Virus record (IMG/VR): IMGVR_UViG_3300020473_000013
Location: 62,001-126,000 of that record
Direction: 5' to 3' (one strand)
Length of the DNA: 64,000 nt
Under the pieces are notes generated by a model. The model saw only the letters and a program-made list of their open reading frames with translations. It did not search any database and was not told the origin of the DNA. The position numbers and the translations under genes were made by a program. Shown one piece after another: positions 26,687 through 36,131 of the stretch (its first letter is position 1; each line of letters opens with the position of its first letter).

Positions 26687-27946
26687 TCAGTCATCCCAAT
26701 CGTCGTCGTCATCGTCGAGGGCAGGCTTCGACTTCTTCTTGCCCTTCTTCTTGGTACCGGAAGAGGAAGTCTTCTTCTTGGACTTCTTCTTGGGCGGTGC
26801 GTCGTCATCGTCATCGTCATCATCATCGTCGATGGCTGACTTGGCCTTCTTCTTGGCGGAGGAGGACTTCTTCTTCTTGGACTTGGCCTTCTTCTTGGGA
26901 GGCTCGTCATCATCCTCATCATCGTCGTCATCGTCATCATCGAACGACGGACGCTTCGGCTTGGACTTCTTGGATTTCTTCTTGGACTTGGCCTTCTTCT
27001 TGGGAGGCTCGTCATCATCGTCATCGCCGTCATCGTCGAGGTCGTCGTCATCGTCGAGGGCAGACGCTTTCTTGCCAGACTTCTTCTTGCCCTTCTTCTT
27101 CTTGGAAGAGGAACCGAGGTCGAGGCTGTCGTCGTCGAGGTCGTCGCCATCATCGTCGTCATCGACCTCATCGCCGCCGAAGACTTCCATGCGCTTGAAG
27201 TCCTCCTTGGCTTGCTCCTCACCCATGCGACCCGCCGCGTCGAGAAGCTCAGGATTCAGGTTCCAGACGAGGTACTCCTTCTCCTCATCGGTAAGCGGCG
27301 TACGGCCGTCGACCTTGTCAGCACTGTACTTATCGGTGCCAGCGGCCTTTGGCTTGAACTTAACGTTCACGTCCACGCCGTGCTTCGGGTGAGAAACGTC
27401 GAACGCCTTCTTCTCACCAGACTTCTTGCTCTTGACGATGTTGGTCTCGCCGAGCTCCTGCATACGAGCGACAAGGCTGTTGGTGAGGCGAACAACACGA
27501 ACGGGAGTCCACGACTTCGACTTCATTTCCTTGTAGCCGGTCTTCTTCTCCTTCTTGGTCGGCTCAGCCTTACGGGCTGGCTCGTCCTCCTGGATGTCGC
27601 GAATGATCGCGTTCACCAGATAGAAGTGCTCGTTCCGCATCGTTGCGTCCTGGCCGCCTTCGGTAGACAGGTCGCAGTACGGACAGTGAGCGTCGAGAGG
27701 CTCGTCCTCGTTCTCCGGGTTGAACGACACACAGAAGCGCGGGATGGTTACCAGCTTCTTCTCCTTGCCTGCCATGATCTTCACCCAGTGGCGACGAACC
27801 GGCAGGATATCGGAATCGAGGAAGCGAAGCTGCACCCACTCATCGGGATGGTCTTGGAACTTGAACAATTCGACAAGTTCCTCCAAGCGCAGGGAGTCAT
27901 TCTTCCCAGTCTTGGGTTTCATGTTGGAAAAGCCACGACGGGCCAT
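26687..27946 (-). CDS. Single-stranded DNA-binding protein (gp32-like) with long Asp/Lys-rich tail
   Basis: W..LRFL, C.....HCPYC zinc-site-like, NAIIR, PVRVVRL core; next to recA; acidic C-terminus DDDDDWDD. Confidence 0.65.
   Translation of the reverse strand: MARRGFSNMKPKTGKNDSLRLEELVELFKFQDHPDEWVQLRFLDSDILPVRRHWVKIMAGKEKKLVTIPRFCVSFNPENEDEPLDAHCPYCDLSTEGGQDATMRNEHFYLVNAIIRDIQEDEPARKAEPTKKEKKTGYKEMKSKSWTPVRVVRLTNSLVARMQELGETNIVKSKKSGEKKAFDVSHPKHGVDVNVKFKPKAAGTDKYSADKVDGRTPLTDEEKEYLVWNLNPELLDAAGRMGEEQAKEDFKRMEVFGGDEVDDDDDGDDLDDDSLDLGSSSKKKKGKKKSGKKASALDDDDDLDDDGDDDDDEPPKKKAKSKKKSKKSKPKRPSFDDDDDDDDEDDDEPPKKKAKSKKKKSSSAKKKAKSAIDDDDDDDDDDAPPKKKSKKKTSSSGTKKKGKKKSKPALDDDDDDWDD
26800..27150 (-). 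repeat. Low-complexity repeats encoding poly-D blocks alternating with PPKKKAKSKK
   Basis: Near-identical GACTTGGCCTTCTTCTTGGGAGGCTCGTCATC copies at about 26880 and 26985. Confidence 0.8.
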
Positions 27947-27984
27947 AGTGTTCTCCTCTATACAAACGATGCGCTAACACAATG

Positions 27985-27993
27985 TCTTTACAC
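27985..27993 (-). promoter_or_regulatory. Putative phage-specific promoter GTGTAAAGA
   Basis: Recurrent motif about 40 bp upstream of the SSB start. Confidence 0.5.
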
Positions 27994-29019
27994 TTTTGTC
28001 AGCTCAGGACATTCTTCCTGCGTCTGCTGGCGCATTCTGGAAAGTTCGTCTTGGGTAAAATGTTCGCCTATATCTAACACCAGTCGGGCGCACCCGTTGG
28101 TGTCAGCGTGTTTGGCTAAATACATTACTATATTTTCAGTCTCGCTCCTCTCGAAGTCTTCAAACACGTCAGCCTTACCTCCAATAACGCTGTGGAGGTT
28201 CTTGTTGCCGTCGTCCGTCACCATGTCGTCAAGGCTGACGCTGTAGTTCAGGAAGCCGGTATTCTTCTCGGCGATTTTCTTCCTGTGGGACTGCGGAATG
28301 GTATAGGCGATCCCGTATTCGTGCTCGGACGTTCCACACGTCTGGGCGTTGAGAACCCACCAGTTGATGTAGGAGGTCAAAGCGCCTTTGTTGCTGTCGT
28401 ACTTGTCGATAGCCAAGAGGATACTTTTCAGGATCGACTGGCGAACATCGTGGAAGTCGAAGTTGGACCCGTTAGCCTTGATGTAGATTTTGGCTTGGCG
28501 GGAAGACAGCTTAACGTAGTGGTCGAGCACCTTGGACCGAGATTCGTAAAACTTTTCGAGGTACGCTTCGCCGATCGTGACGATGCGATACAGGCCTTGT
28601 CGGTCCTTACAGCCTGCGAGGTGTGACTCCATGTCCAGCTCATGCTTTATCTGGAAGCGCGTATTCCCGCTGACCATAAGCATCTTGTGGTATCTGCTCA
28701 CGTAAGTGGAATGCTCGCGGAGGAACCTCGAAGCGAAGGCATGTAAGAACGAACGTTCCAACCGGGCCTCACGCAGCAGCCTGAATTTTTCCTCCCTGTT
28801 CTCGGATACTAGAAAGCAACAAAGAAGCTCGATAGTCCTGTCACGCGGAAGGGAACTAGGCTTCCTCTTACGATTGGCAGACACAAGGGCCAGTATATAA
28901 GACACCTGAACGTCGAAGGCATCCGTGTTCAGGATGATCGGCTCAAGTGCCTTATACAGAAAGAGGTCCAGCACTTGTTGTATCTGCTCACCTGTTAAAT
29001 TTTTGTCTGCAAGTGACAT
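27988..29019 (-). CDS. Phage-encoded sigma-70-family factor
   Basis: FHDVRQSILKSILLAIDKYDSNKGALTSYINWWVLNA matches sigma region 2 (DL.QEG..GL..AV.KFD...G..FSTYA.WWI); start moved to MSLADK. Confidence 0.75.
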   Translation of the reverse strand: MSLADKNLTGEQIQQVLDLFLYKALEPIILNTDAFDVQVSYILALVSANRKRKPSSLPRDRTIELLCCFLVSENREEKFRLLREARLERSFLHAFASRFLREHSTYVSRYHKMLMVSGNTRFQIKHELDMESHLAGCKDRQGLYRIVTIGEAYLEKFYESRSKVLDHYVKLSSRQAKIYIKANGSNFDFHDVRQSILKSILLAIDKYDSNKGALTSYINWWVLNAQTCGTSEHEYGIAYTIPQSHRKKIAEKNTGFLNYSVSLDDMVTDDGNKNLHSVIGGKADVFEDFERSETENIVMYLAKHADTNGCARLVLDIGEHFTQDELSRMRQQTQEECPELTKV

Positions 29020-29038
29020 GACACAACCTTGTGTTGGA

Positions 29039-29794
29039 TTAGGATTTGCGGCTAGCCTCCACGAGGCAGTCCACGATGTTGAACTGCGAAGGAACGCGGC
29101 GGGTCTTGTTGCGCTCCTTGTATGCACGAACGATGTGCTCGATGCGGAGAGCGGTACCGGTGGCTTTCTGGAAGCGATGCAGGACTGAATACTTGACCGC
29201 ACGTGTGACTTCCAGATACCACATGAAGGCCTGACGCTGTTCGCCCAGCTCGTCCTGCAGGTCGTAGTTGTGCTCCTGGAGTTGCTTTTCGTTGTGCTTG
29301 ACCGTTGCGAACTTACCGCGCACTTCCTGGAGTGCGGACTCGGACTGATGGAGCTTGGCGCGTACCGGCGTGAACTGCTGCTCCATCTGGGACATGTGCT
29401 CGGCGAGGCGCTTGTTCTCCGCTTCATGGTGCTGGCGCTCGATCTCGCGTTCGGCTCCTTCGTCGATCTCGCGATCCATAAACAGGTCGCGCTGGGCGGT
29501 GACCTTGGCGAGCTTGGCCTCGGTACGTTGAGCATTGGCACCGGATATCTGGAGAGCGTACTCCAACTGCTGGACACGTTCGTTGGCTGCGTTCAGAGAA
29601 GACTCCAAAGCGCTGGTGTGTTCGACGCGCTTGCGCACGTCGTTCTCCAGCAGGATCACCTTGTGCTCGTCCGGAATCTCCGCGTACGGAGGTTGATCCA
29701 TAGGAATGCCCGGAGAAGCCTTGATCTGATCAAAGGGGCTCATGGATTCCTCGGACGGAACGATCTCCGGACGGTGTTGATTATGTTCGGTCAT
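29039..29794 (-). CDS. Coiled-coil hypothetical protein
   Basis: Heptad E/Q/L/A-rich; RBS GGAG. Confidence 0.7.
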   Translation of the reverse strand: MTEHNQHRPEIVPSEESMSPFDQIKASPGIPMDQPPYAEIPDEHKVILLENDVRKRVEHTSALESSLNAANERVQQLEYALQISGANAQRTEAKLAKVTAQRDLFMDREIDEGAEREIERQHHEAENKRLAEHMSQMEQQFTPVRAKLHQSESALQEVRGKFATVKHNEKQLQEHNYDLQDELGEQRQAFMWYLEVTRAVKYSVLHRFQKATGTALRIEHIVRAYKERNKTRRVPSQFNIVDCLVEASRKS

Positions 29795-29804
29795 TGCTGC
29801 TCTC

Positions 29805-30494
29805 CTATACGTCGTTCTTAATGAGGAACGTGGCGGCCGCCACGAGGTGTTTACATAAACCTGGAGCCAGGTCAGGGTTCATGACCACTGGAGGCTCCCC
29901 GTTACTGTACACGATACGGCTAGCACCGTGCGCGGCATTGGCATACTCGAAGGTGAATACGTAGGACTCGCAGTCACAAGATACGATCACCTTCTTGTGT
30001 TTGTTGATGGGCTTGTCGGCAGGGTTGCCTTCCTTGCCGATCTCGGCTCCGATGATGAAGGTCTTGTGCTTCCGGACGACTTTTGTAGGGCGCCACGGAT
30101 CATCGGTAATGGTGACAGCACGAAAAGCAGGCATACCTGAGCGTGTCTTGGTACGTTTCTTCTCCAGAAGTTCCACGTCCCGTGAGTTATTCACCATGAG
30201 GCGAGGTGTACCACGGACCAACTTGCGAAGCGTCATGCCCTTCTTGGATAGCTCGGTCTCCGGAAGCTGTTTCGGAGTCTTCGGGTTAAGTGCAGAGAGG
30301 CGATAAGAGTAAGGCTTACCTCCGAACTGCAACTTCTTAGGCTTGCTAGCCTTGCTGCCGACTCCCATGCCGCTGGAAGGCTTGCGTGCCTTCTTGCGCT
30401 TGGCTTCACCCTCTCGCTTGGCTTTACTTGCCTTACCGCTGGTGTTGCCGCGCGACACGGGGAGAGGCTTGTAGCCTTTCTTGCGCTTCTTCAT
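29805..30494 (-). CDS. SWIM zinc-finger protein
   Basis: VSCDCESY...PGLCKHLVAA (CxC-xn-CxH); basic N-terminus. Confidence 0.75.
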   Translation of the reverse strand: MKKRKKGYKPLPVSRGNTSGKASKAKREGEAKRKKARKPSSGMGVGSKASKPKKLQFGGKPYSYRLSALNPKTPKQLPETELSKKGMTLRKLVRGTPRLMVNNSRDVELLEKKRTKTRSGMPAFRAVTITDDPWRPTKVVRKHKTFIIGAEIGKEGNPADKPINKHKKVIVSCDCESYVFTFEYANAAHGASRIVYSNGEPPVVMNPDLAPGLCKHLVAAATFLIKNDV

Positions 30495-30558
30495 AAAATC
30501 CTCCGGATGTGGACTGAGGAAATTACCGACGAGGGAGACGGAAAGTCAGGCGCTCGCG

Positions 30559-30828
30559 TTACATGTCCTCATCGTCGGTGTCATCATCATCATCATCATA
30601 ATCGTCGTCGTCGATGTCATCATGCGGGCCGCATCCAAGTCGATCGGGGTCTCCCTCCACAACGATCTTGTAGTTATCGTAGGAGACGAGGCGGCTTCCT
30701 TCTCCTGCGACGATAGACAAACCCTTCATGATGCGGGAGAATCGCTCAAGGTCGATACCCTCAAGATCGGCACCTTCGACCTGGAGGGTCAGGCGCATCT
30801 GCTTGGTGTTCTCAGTTTCGTGGCTCAT
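30559..30828 (-). CDS. Small acidic-tailed protein
   Basis: RBS AGGAG before MSHET; poly-D tail. Confidence 0.6.
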   Translation of the reverse strand: MSHETENTKQMRLTLQVEGADLEGIDLERFSRIMKGLSIVAGEGSRLVSYDNYKIVVEGDPDRLGCGPHDDIDDDDYDDDDDDTDDEDM

Positions 30829-31714
30829 GGATTCGCTCCTCATTCACTGATACGATCTTGTCGAATACTTCTTCCTGATTTGAGTCGAGCCACACGTAGG
30901 GCTCCAGACCCATGGACTCGTTCTCTTTCTCATAGTACCACTCCAGAGGAACCTGCTTTTTATGCGGAGTGCGACCGGTCACCGCTGTCGTCACCCAATA
31001 CCATCCGGGCTTGCGGTGAGTGCGCAGGAAGCAACGAGAATCAGGACCTGGCTGAGAGACGGACACATACGAGGTGAGGAACTTGGGCGCCATCTCGCTA
31101 TATAGTGCTTTGGCTCCCTCCTTACCTAAGAACAACTGGAACATAGAGAGCGAGTGCGGCTCACACTTGAATACCACAGCAGGGCCTTCCCCATAGACAG
31201 GATCGACAGTCTCGATGATTGCGCTGTCGCTGAGGAACTTGGCGCCGAGTTTCTCCAGAACATGGGAAACAGGGTAAGGCTCAGACGAGATTGCGTTCTG
31301 GAGAAGCGTCAGAACCACGGCGACTTCCTGTATAGTCAGGTGCCGGTCTTGACTAGGGTGAGGATACGTTGTGGTATATCCCCAGATATGCAAAGCATAC
31401 CCGTACTGGGGAAGACTGTGCAGAGGAATCATACCTGCTTTCACTGCACGGTCTCGCTCCTGCTCGGAGAGTGCGTTCTCCTTCGCATTCTTTACACCAT
31501 CCAATGTTACAGGATAGTGCATTCCAGCAGGACGAGGCTCCATCCTGGCCAAGTGGTTCTTTATACCACGAGTGATTTCCTCAAGCTCCTTTGCGCCTTC
31601 CTCTGTAGCGGTAAGGTCTTTGTGTCCTGTATGGAACACCAGGCCCGGGACCTTCTTGCGAAGTTTGCGCACGGCGCCTGATGTTGTGATGAACTTGTCG
31701 GGATAGACGATCAT
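30812..31714 (-). CDS. Hypothetical protein
   Basis: 300 aa ORF, somewhat lower GC than neighbours. Confidence 0.65.
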   Translation of the reverse strand: MIVYPDKFITTSGAVRKLRKKVPGLVFHTGHKDLTATEEGAKELEEITRGIKNHLARMEPRPAGMHYPVTLDGVKNAKENALSEQERDRAVKAGMIPLHSLPQYGYALHIWGYTTTYPHPSQDRHLTIQEVAVVLTLLQNAISSEPYPVSHVLEKLGAKFLSDSAIIETVDPVYGEGPAVVFKCEPHSLSMFQLFLGKEGAKALYSEMAPKFLTSYVSVSQPGPDSRCFLRTHRKPGWYWVTTAVTGRTPHKKQVPLEWYYEKENESMGLEPYVWLDSNQEEVFDKIVSVNEERIHEPRN

Positions 31715-31715
31715 G

Positions 31716-32177
31716 CTATGTCCTTACCAAGTTAGGGAATTGTTCCATAAGTTCTTCTCGGATTTCCATGAGGATGATACCGAGCCAGTTCTTACCTTTA
31801 CCTCGACAGACTCCCCAGAACGTGTCGTTCCACGTATTACCCTCGACGAGGCGGGCAGGATACGTAGCGATCAGGCGGTGAATCAGGGCCGGGTTCTGTA
31901 AGAACTTTTGGCGCACGATGTTCCGCATGATCTTGACCTTCACCTTCTCCCAATCAGGTCGTAACTGAACAGCGTTCCCTACCTCCTTTGCTTCGCGAGC
32001 CTTGCGTAAGGCGGCTATCATCTGCTTCTCTGCACGCGACCGTGTCTTGGCTGCTTGGAAGGCATGCTCGACCGTCATGTATCTGACACCACGGCGCTCG
32101 ATCAGACTGAAGGAGAAGTTGCTAAGGAAGGCATACTGTCCTCGAAAGTCGTCGATCACTTTCTGGGGATCATACAT
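31716..32177 (-). CDS. NADAR (YbiA-like) family hydrolase
   Basis: YAFLSNF, Y.TVEHAFQAAK, LRPDWEKVK..IM...V.QKF.QN, LVEGN.WNDTFWG....G.NWLG.ILMEIR; start MYDPQK. Confidence 0.9.
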   Translation of the reverse strand: MYDPQKVIDDFRGQYAFLSNFSFSLIERRGVRYMTVEHAFQAAKTRSRAEKQMIAALRKAREAKEVGNAVQLRPDWEKVKVKIMRNIVRQKFLQNPALIHRLIATYPARLVEGNTWNDTFWGVCRGKGKNWLGIILMEIREELMEQFPNLVRT

Positions 32178-32187
32178 AGGGCGGCTC

Positions 32188-32430
32188 CTACTGCGTAGCG
32201 ACGAACGCCAGAGCTGGTGACGCATTGGGATGAGGAGGGAGAGGACCGTAACCCAGCTCCTTAGCCTTACCCAGACACCAAGAGCGTGTGACTTTAGAGG
32301 CGCAGCTCGGACATACGGGCATGACGCCATCGGCCCACCAGTATAAGGTTTGCACGTCGCAACGAACACACTTCTCGATACCGTAACGGAGGAGTTCCGG
32401 ATCGGTCTCTTTCATTACCTGTACGCTCAT
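32188..32430 (-). CDS. Hypothetical protein (CxxC...CxxC)
   Basis: ORF in operon. Confidence 0.55.
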   Translation of the reverse strand: MSVQVMKETDPELLRYGIEKCVRCDVQTLYWWADGVMPVCPSCASKVTRSWCLGKAKELGYGPLPPHPNASPALAFVATQ

Positions 32431-32440
32431 GGTGTTGTCC

Positions 32441-32833
32441 TTATTTCTTGCGACCCAGATCGCTTGGATCGGTCTCGTCAGTAATAAACATCGTCGGGCC
32501 CTTGTTGTACGCAGGAGCCACGCGCTGTTTCTTGCGTTCCGTCTCCATACGCGCCTTCATTTCACGTAGGGCCATATCGCCTTCGTACTTCTCGTCCCGC
32601 TTCTGGTACGTGTGATGTCCGCGGAAGTCAGAGGTGCCAGTTGCTTTACGCTGTTCTCGATCCTGATGCCAGCGGTCAGGCATGTTAGGCCTCAGCTCTC
32701 GCTCAAACTGCCTTTCGCGTTGCCTCTTCTTGTGGTTGCGCTCCTTCTTTACCTTGTTGCGTTTGTGAGCACGTTGAACCTCCTGCCTACGTTCCTCCTC
32801 GATAGGCTTAGGCTTCTTCCTCTTGTCCCACAT
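32441..32833 (-). CDS. Basic phage protein with VAPAYNKG motif
   Basis: Start MWDKRK (RBS GAGG); the C-terminal APAYNKG...D..DLGRK motif recurs in myoviruses. Confidence 0.6.
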   Translation of the reverse strand: MWDKRKKPKPIEEERRQEVQRAHKRNKVKKERNHKKRQRERQFERELRPNMPDRWHQDREQRKATGTSDFRGHHTYQKRDEKYEGDMALREMKARMETERKKQRVAPAYNKGPTMFITDETDPSDLGRKK

Positions 32834-33050
32834 CGGACGATCCTCGCTTATAACGATCAACGACGTTGCTAGCGGCACGCGCCGCGTTGCGAATCCGGTC
32901 GGCAGCTTCGTCGCTACCTCCGACCGCTGGCTCGTACACTGCGAAGCCTGCGCGAATAAGCTCCTCGACTAGGGAGACGGGGAGCACGACGTATCCTTCA
33001 GGGATCAGGCCGCTTGCGCGTAGTTCAGCAGCCGTAAGCTGCTCAGCCAT
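32808..33050 (-). CDS. Hypothetical protein
   Basis: Start moved to MAEQLT. Confidence 0.5.
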   Translation of the reverse strand: MAEQLTAAELRASGLIPEGYVVLPVSLVEELIRAGFAVYEPAVGGSDEAADRIRNAARAASNVVDRYKRGSSDVGQEEEA

Positions 33051-33348
33051 TGGTCGGCACTCCGCGCGTCTGAACGTTCTTGATGTTGTGCTTGGCACAC
33101 AGGTCCGTGAGTTCCTTGAGAGCAGGGAGCTCCTCGTTATAGAGGTCCTCGATCTCCTTCTGCGCCTGCTCGATCTGTTGGCTACGCAGCTTAGCGTGCT
33201 CCAAGGCTTCGCGCACGGAATTGAAGGGTCCAGGTGTTGCAGGAGGTCCAATCAGTTCCCCTTTGAGAGTTGCGAGCTGTTTGGAGAGCTGTGTGTACTT
33301 TTCCTCGAGGAGGGAAACCATGCGACGGGCTTGCTGGAGATTACTCAT
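33043..33348 (-). CDS. Hypothetical coiled-coil protein
   Basis: ATGA overlap. Confidence 0.6.
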   Translation of the reverse strand: MSNLQQARRMVSLLEEKYTQLSKQLATLKGELIGPPATPGPFNSVREALEHAKLRSQQIEQAQKEIEDLYNEELPALKELTDLCAKHNIKNVQTRGVPTNG

Positions 33349-34076
33349 GACTTCTTCCTTCCTTTTGCGCGGCGTTTCATAGCTACATACCGCGATGTGT
33401 CGTTGACAATGCCCACCGTCTTGGCTACCTTACGGGCGACCAGAGGGAAGGGGTTGTGGATGCAGGACGTATCCACGATTAGGCCGTCCTGATATATGTC
33501 GATGATGTCCTGAGCGCAACGGCTAGGGTTCACCGAGCTTAGGTCCGCTGTGGAGTGGTGGCTGTTAAAAGCAAACACGACGCAGACCTTGTGGCGCTTC
33601 TGATTGTTCAGGAAGCGATGTTCGTTTGAATCGTCGTCTAACCGCATGATGACCGAAGACTGACTGACTACCTTGAAGCCGGAAAGCATGGCGCTGTACA
33701 CGACAGCTATCAGAGCCGACACCTCGACAAACAGGACGATGTGTCCGTTAGGTCGGAGCACGCGACGGCATGCCGAGAAGTATCTGTCGTTATACGTTCG
33801 GAACGCTGAAGGTTCCAGCAACGTGCGTACCAGAAAATCAAAGTGATCAGGATACGACCAGATGAGGCCGACGGACTCCGGCTTCAATCTACCGAGGCCT
33901 GTGTGAGGATTGTCGTACAGCAAGGCCAGTTTCTTATTCTTGGTAATGAACGATCTGCGATCCTCTTGCATAACGACGTTTCGCGTGGCGGAAACGACAT
34001 TCCCTCCATGCTCCTTGCACGAGGAGATTATAGGAACGTCGTAAGAGGAACACCCGCAACTATAGACGTTCTTCAT
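33345..34076 (-). CDS. Degenerate DNA amino-methyltransferase-like protein
   Basis: LKPESVGLIWSYPD (vs ..SVDLI.TDPPY), CRRVLRPNGHIVLF; catalytic and SAM motifs altered; start MKNVYS. Confidence 0.55.
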   Translation of the reverse strand: MKNVYSCGCSSYDVPIISSCKEHGGNVVSATRNVVMQEDRRSFITKNKKLALLYDNPHTGLGRLKPESVGLIWSYPDHFDFLVRTLLEPSAFRTYNDRYFSACRRVLRPNGHIVLFVEVSALIAVVYSAMLSGFKVVSQSSVIMRLDDDSNEHRFLNNQKRHKVCVVFAFNSHHSTADLSSVNPSRCAQDIIDIYQDGLIVDTSCIHNPFPLVARKVAKTVGIVNDTSRYVAMKRRAKGRKKS

Positions 34077-34086
34077 AGGCCACCTC

Positions 34087-34464
34087 TCAGTTGAGTCTGG
34101 CCTCGTCACCGTCCAGGTTCTCATCAGACGCAGGAGGGTCGAACTCGGAACGGACCTCGGGAATCTTGTCGGTGACGTGCAGAGAGAACGGAAAATCCAT
34201 GGTGCTGTCGTTCTGCCACTGTTCCAGCATATCCACGAATTTGCCGAAGCCAACCAGAACGTCAGCAGGCAAGTCACCCAGCAGCTTGATCTCCACCATG
34301 TTCGCATCAACTACGGTGTAACCCATAGAGTTGTCGGACAGGTCGTAATACGCGATGAACTGGAACCCATCGCTAATCGGATAAAGGACGTAGCAGGTGC
34401 TCTGGATTTCCTGCATCTGCCGTTGAAGGTCCTTGATCTGGCTTTGAACGCTCGCAAACTTCAC
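34087..34464 (-). CDS. Hypothetical protein
   Basis: GTG start overlapping upstream stop. Confidence 0.6.
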   Translation of the reverse strand: MKFASVQSQIKDLQRQMQEIQSTCYVLYPISDGFQFIAYYDLSDNSMGYTVVDANMVEIKLLGDLPADVLVGFGKFVDMLEQWQNDSTMDFPFSLHVTDKIPEVRSEFDPPASDENLDGDEARLN

Positions 34465-35195
34465 TGGCTACCCTCCACACCTTCCTCTACCTGTTCGACC
34501 TTGAAGCTGTTGTCCTGTAGGCGAGGAATATTGTCCGAAGCCAGAACACGGTTCTCATCCATGACGTTCCGATCGAAGATGGCTGCGCGCTCTTTCTCGT
34601 AACGGGCAACCTGCATAAGGACTGTGGTCTTGTCCAGCGTTAAGAAGCGGTCCGTATCCTTTTGGATAGACTCGCGAAGGGCGAGCACTCCGGACATGAG
34701 CACCTGACTGTCCGGGTGCATCTTGAGCATCATCATGTGGTCGGCAGGAATGTGGCCGACGGAGCACAGGTGATTGTAGGACTTCCAGTGAAGATCGCAC
34801 CGCCACTCCAAGCGCTGGCACATCTGGTGCGCGACATAATCAGGCTGCGAAGCGTGGACACGATGGGGTTGGATAATCTCCTTCAACATGCGAAGGAACT
34901 GGAGTTCGCGGCGAGCCTCATCGAGACACGGCTGGGCGACAACTTTACGGGCGCGCTGCTCGTCGATGTTACACTGCGCCAGTAGCTTACCGCTCTTGGA
35001 CTCATTCTCGTCTGCCAGAATGGTCTTGGAGGTTACCACTTTAGCCTGAGCCCTTAGGCTTTCTGCGAATGAGGTGTCGATAGCGAGTACGCGATCCTCT
35101 TCAAGCTCGCAGATGATGCGGTAGGCTTCATCAAAGGTATGGCAGTTGCCGAGGATGATGTAGGCAGTCTCAAATCGGGAATGTTTCCAGTGCAT
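34461..35195 (-). CDS. Hypothetical helical protein
   Basis: Start MHWKHS (RBS GGAG). Confidence 0.65.
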   Translation of the reverse strand: MHWKHSRFETAYIILGNCHTFDEAYRIICELEEDRVLAIDTSFAESLRAQAKVVTSKTILADENESKSGKLLAQCNIDEQRARKVVAQPCLDEARRELQFLRMLKEIIQPHRVHASQPDYVAHQMCQRLEWRCDLHWKSYNHLCSVGHIPADHMMMLKMHPDSQVLMSGVLALRESIQKDTDRFLTLDKTTVLMQVARYEKERAAIFDRNVMDENRVLASDNIPRLQDNSFKVEQVEEGVEGSQ

Positions 35196-35381
35196 TACAA
35201 TCGCTCCAAAACAGAAAACCCGCAATGCGTTAGCGAACCCGAGGCACGGTCTGAGCGTTTGGGCTCTGTGCTGCGGAATCGCCGTACATTGCGGGTCATA
35301 GCGCGGGACGAAGGGTGGTGTCTACGTCCCGCAATTTCTAGGCCGGTGTCAACCTATGCGACGTTGCAGAAGGCGTCCGAC

Positions 35382-35933
35382 TTACAGCTCGTCGTCGAAG
35401 TCGTCGAAGTCGTCAGCGCTCTTGGCAGACTTGCCCTTCTTGCCGCCTTTCTTGCCGCCTTTGGCATCGGCCTTGGCAGCGGCTTTCTTGCCGGCTTTCT
35501 TGCCCTTACCCTTCTTGGCAGGAGCTTCTTCTTCGGCAGCGGCCTTCTTGCCTTTGCCTTTGCCCTTGCCTTTCTTGCCCTTGGCAGGAGCTTCTTCTTC
35601 GGCAGCGGCCTTCTTGCCTTTGCCCTTGCCTTTCTTGCCCTTGGCAGGAGCTTCTTCTTCGGCAGCGGCTTTCTTGCCCTTGGCAGCACCCTTCTTGCCG
35701 CCTGCAGCCTTGCCGCCTTTGGCAGCGCCCTTGCCCTTGGCCGGTGCGGCTTCACCGTCGGTGCCGTTCTCGACGACTTCGATCTGAGCGGTCACGGCTT
35801 CGATCTGCTCGTCGATCTTGGTGGCGCCGGTCTCGATGGACTTCTTGGTGGCTTCGAGAGCCTTGAGCTGCTTCTTCAGGCGAGCGGCTTCACCACGTTG
35901 CGGCAGTTCGATAGTCTTTGCGGCCATTGTCAT
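35382..35933 (-). CDS. Histone H1-like Lys/Ala/Gly-rich protein with acidic tip
   Basis: N-terminal coiled coil, KKAAAEEEAPAKGKKGKG repeats, ends DDFDDFDDEL. Confidence 0.75.
   Translation of the reverse strand: MTMAAKTIELPQRGEAARLKKQLKALEATKKSIETGATKIDEQIEAVTAQIEVVENGTDGEAAPAKGKGAAKGGKAAGGKKGAAKGKKAAAEEEAPAKGKKGKGKGKKAAAEEEAPAKGKKGKGKGKGKKAAAEEEAPAKKGKGKKAGKKAAAKADAKGGKKGGKKGKSAKSADDFDDFDDEL
35510..35690 (-). repeat. Three tandem 60-66 bp repeats
   Basis: GGCAGGAGCTTCTTCTTCGGCAGCGGC unit at about 35517, 35583 and 35643. Confidence 0.85.
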
Positions 35934-36131
35934 GTACTCCGTACAGGTTCGATTTTACAATCGGGATTCAAGTTTGAACGGGACCGTAAGTAGGCCCCTA
36001 GGGGATAATGCCAAATTGTTTGCGCAGGCAAGGGGCGCATCATTTGCGAGGGCTGAATTAACGGCTCAGCCCTCAAGGCCAGGCGACGAACAGTCGATCA
36101 GATAGAGCCGGTGTCGGCGAGTCGGATGGGA

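Noticed and set aside
29020-29577. N-terminal extension of the 529-aa ORF
   Set aside because: Overlaps the real gene 29039..29794 in another frame; the sigma-like protein starts at MSLADK (29019)
35382-35411. C-terminal DDEL as a KDEL-like ER-retention signal
   Set aside because: All context is bacteriophage; better explained as an acidic docking tail
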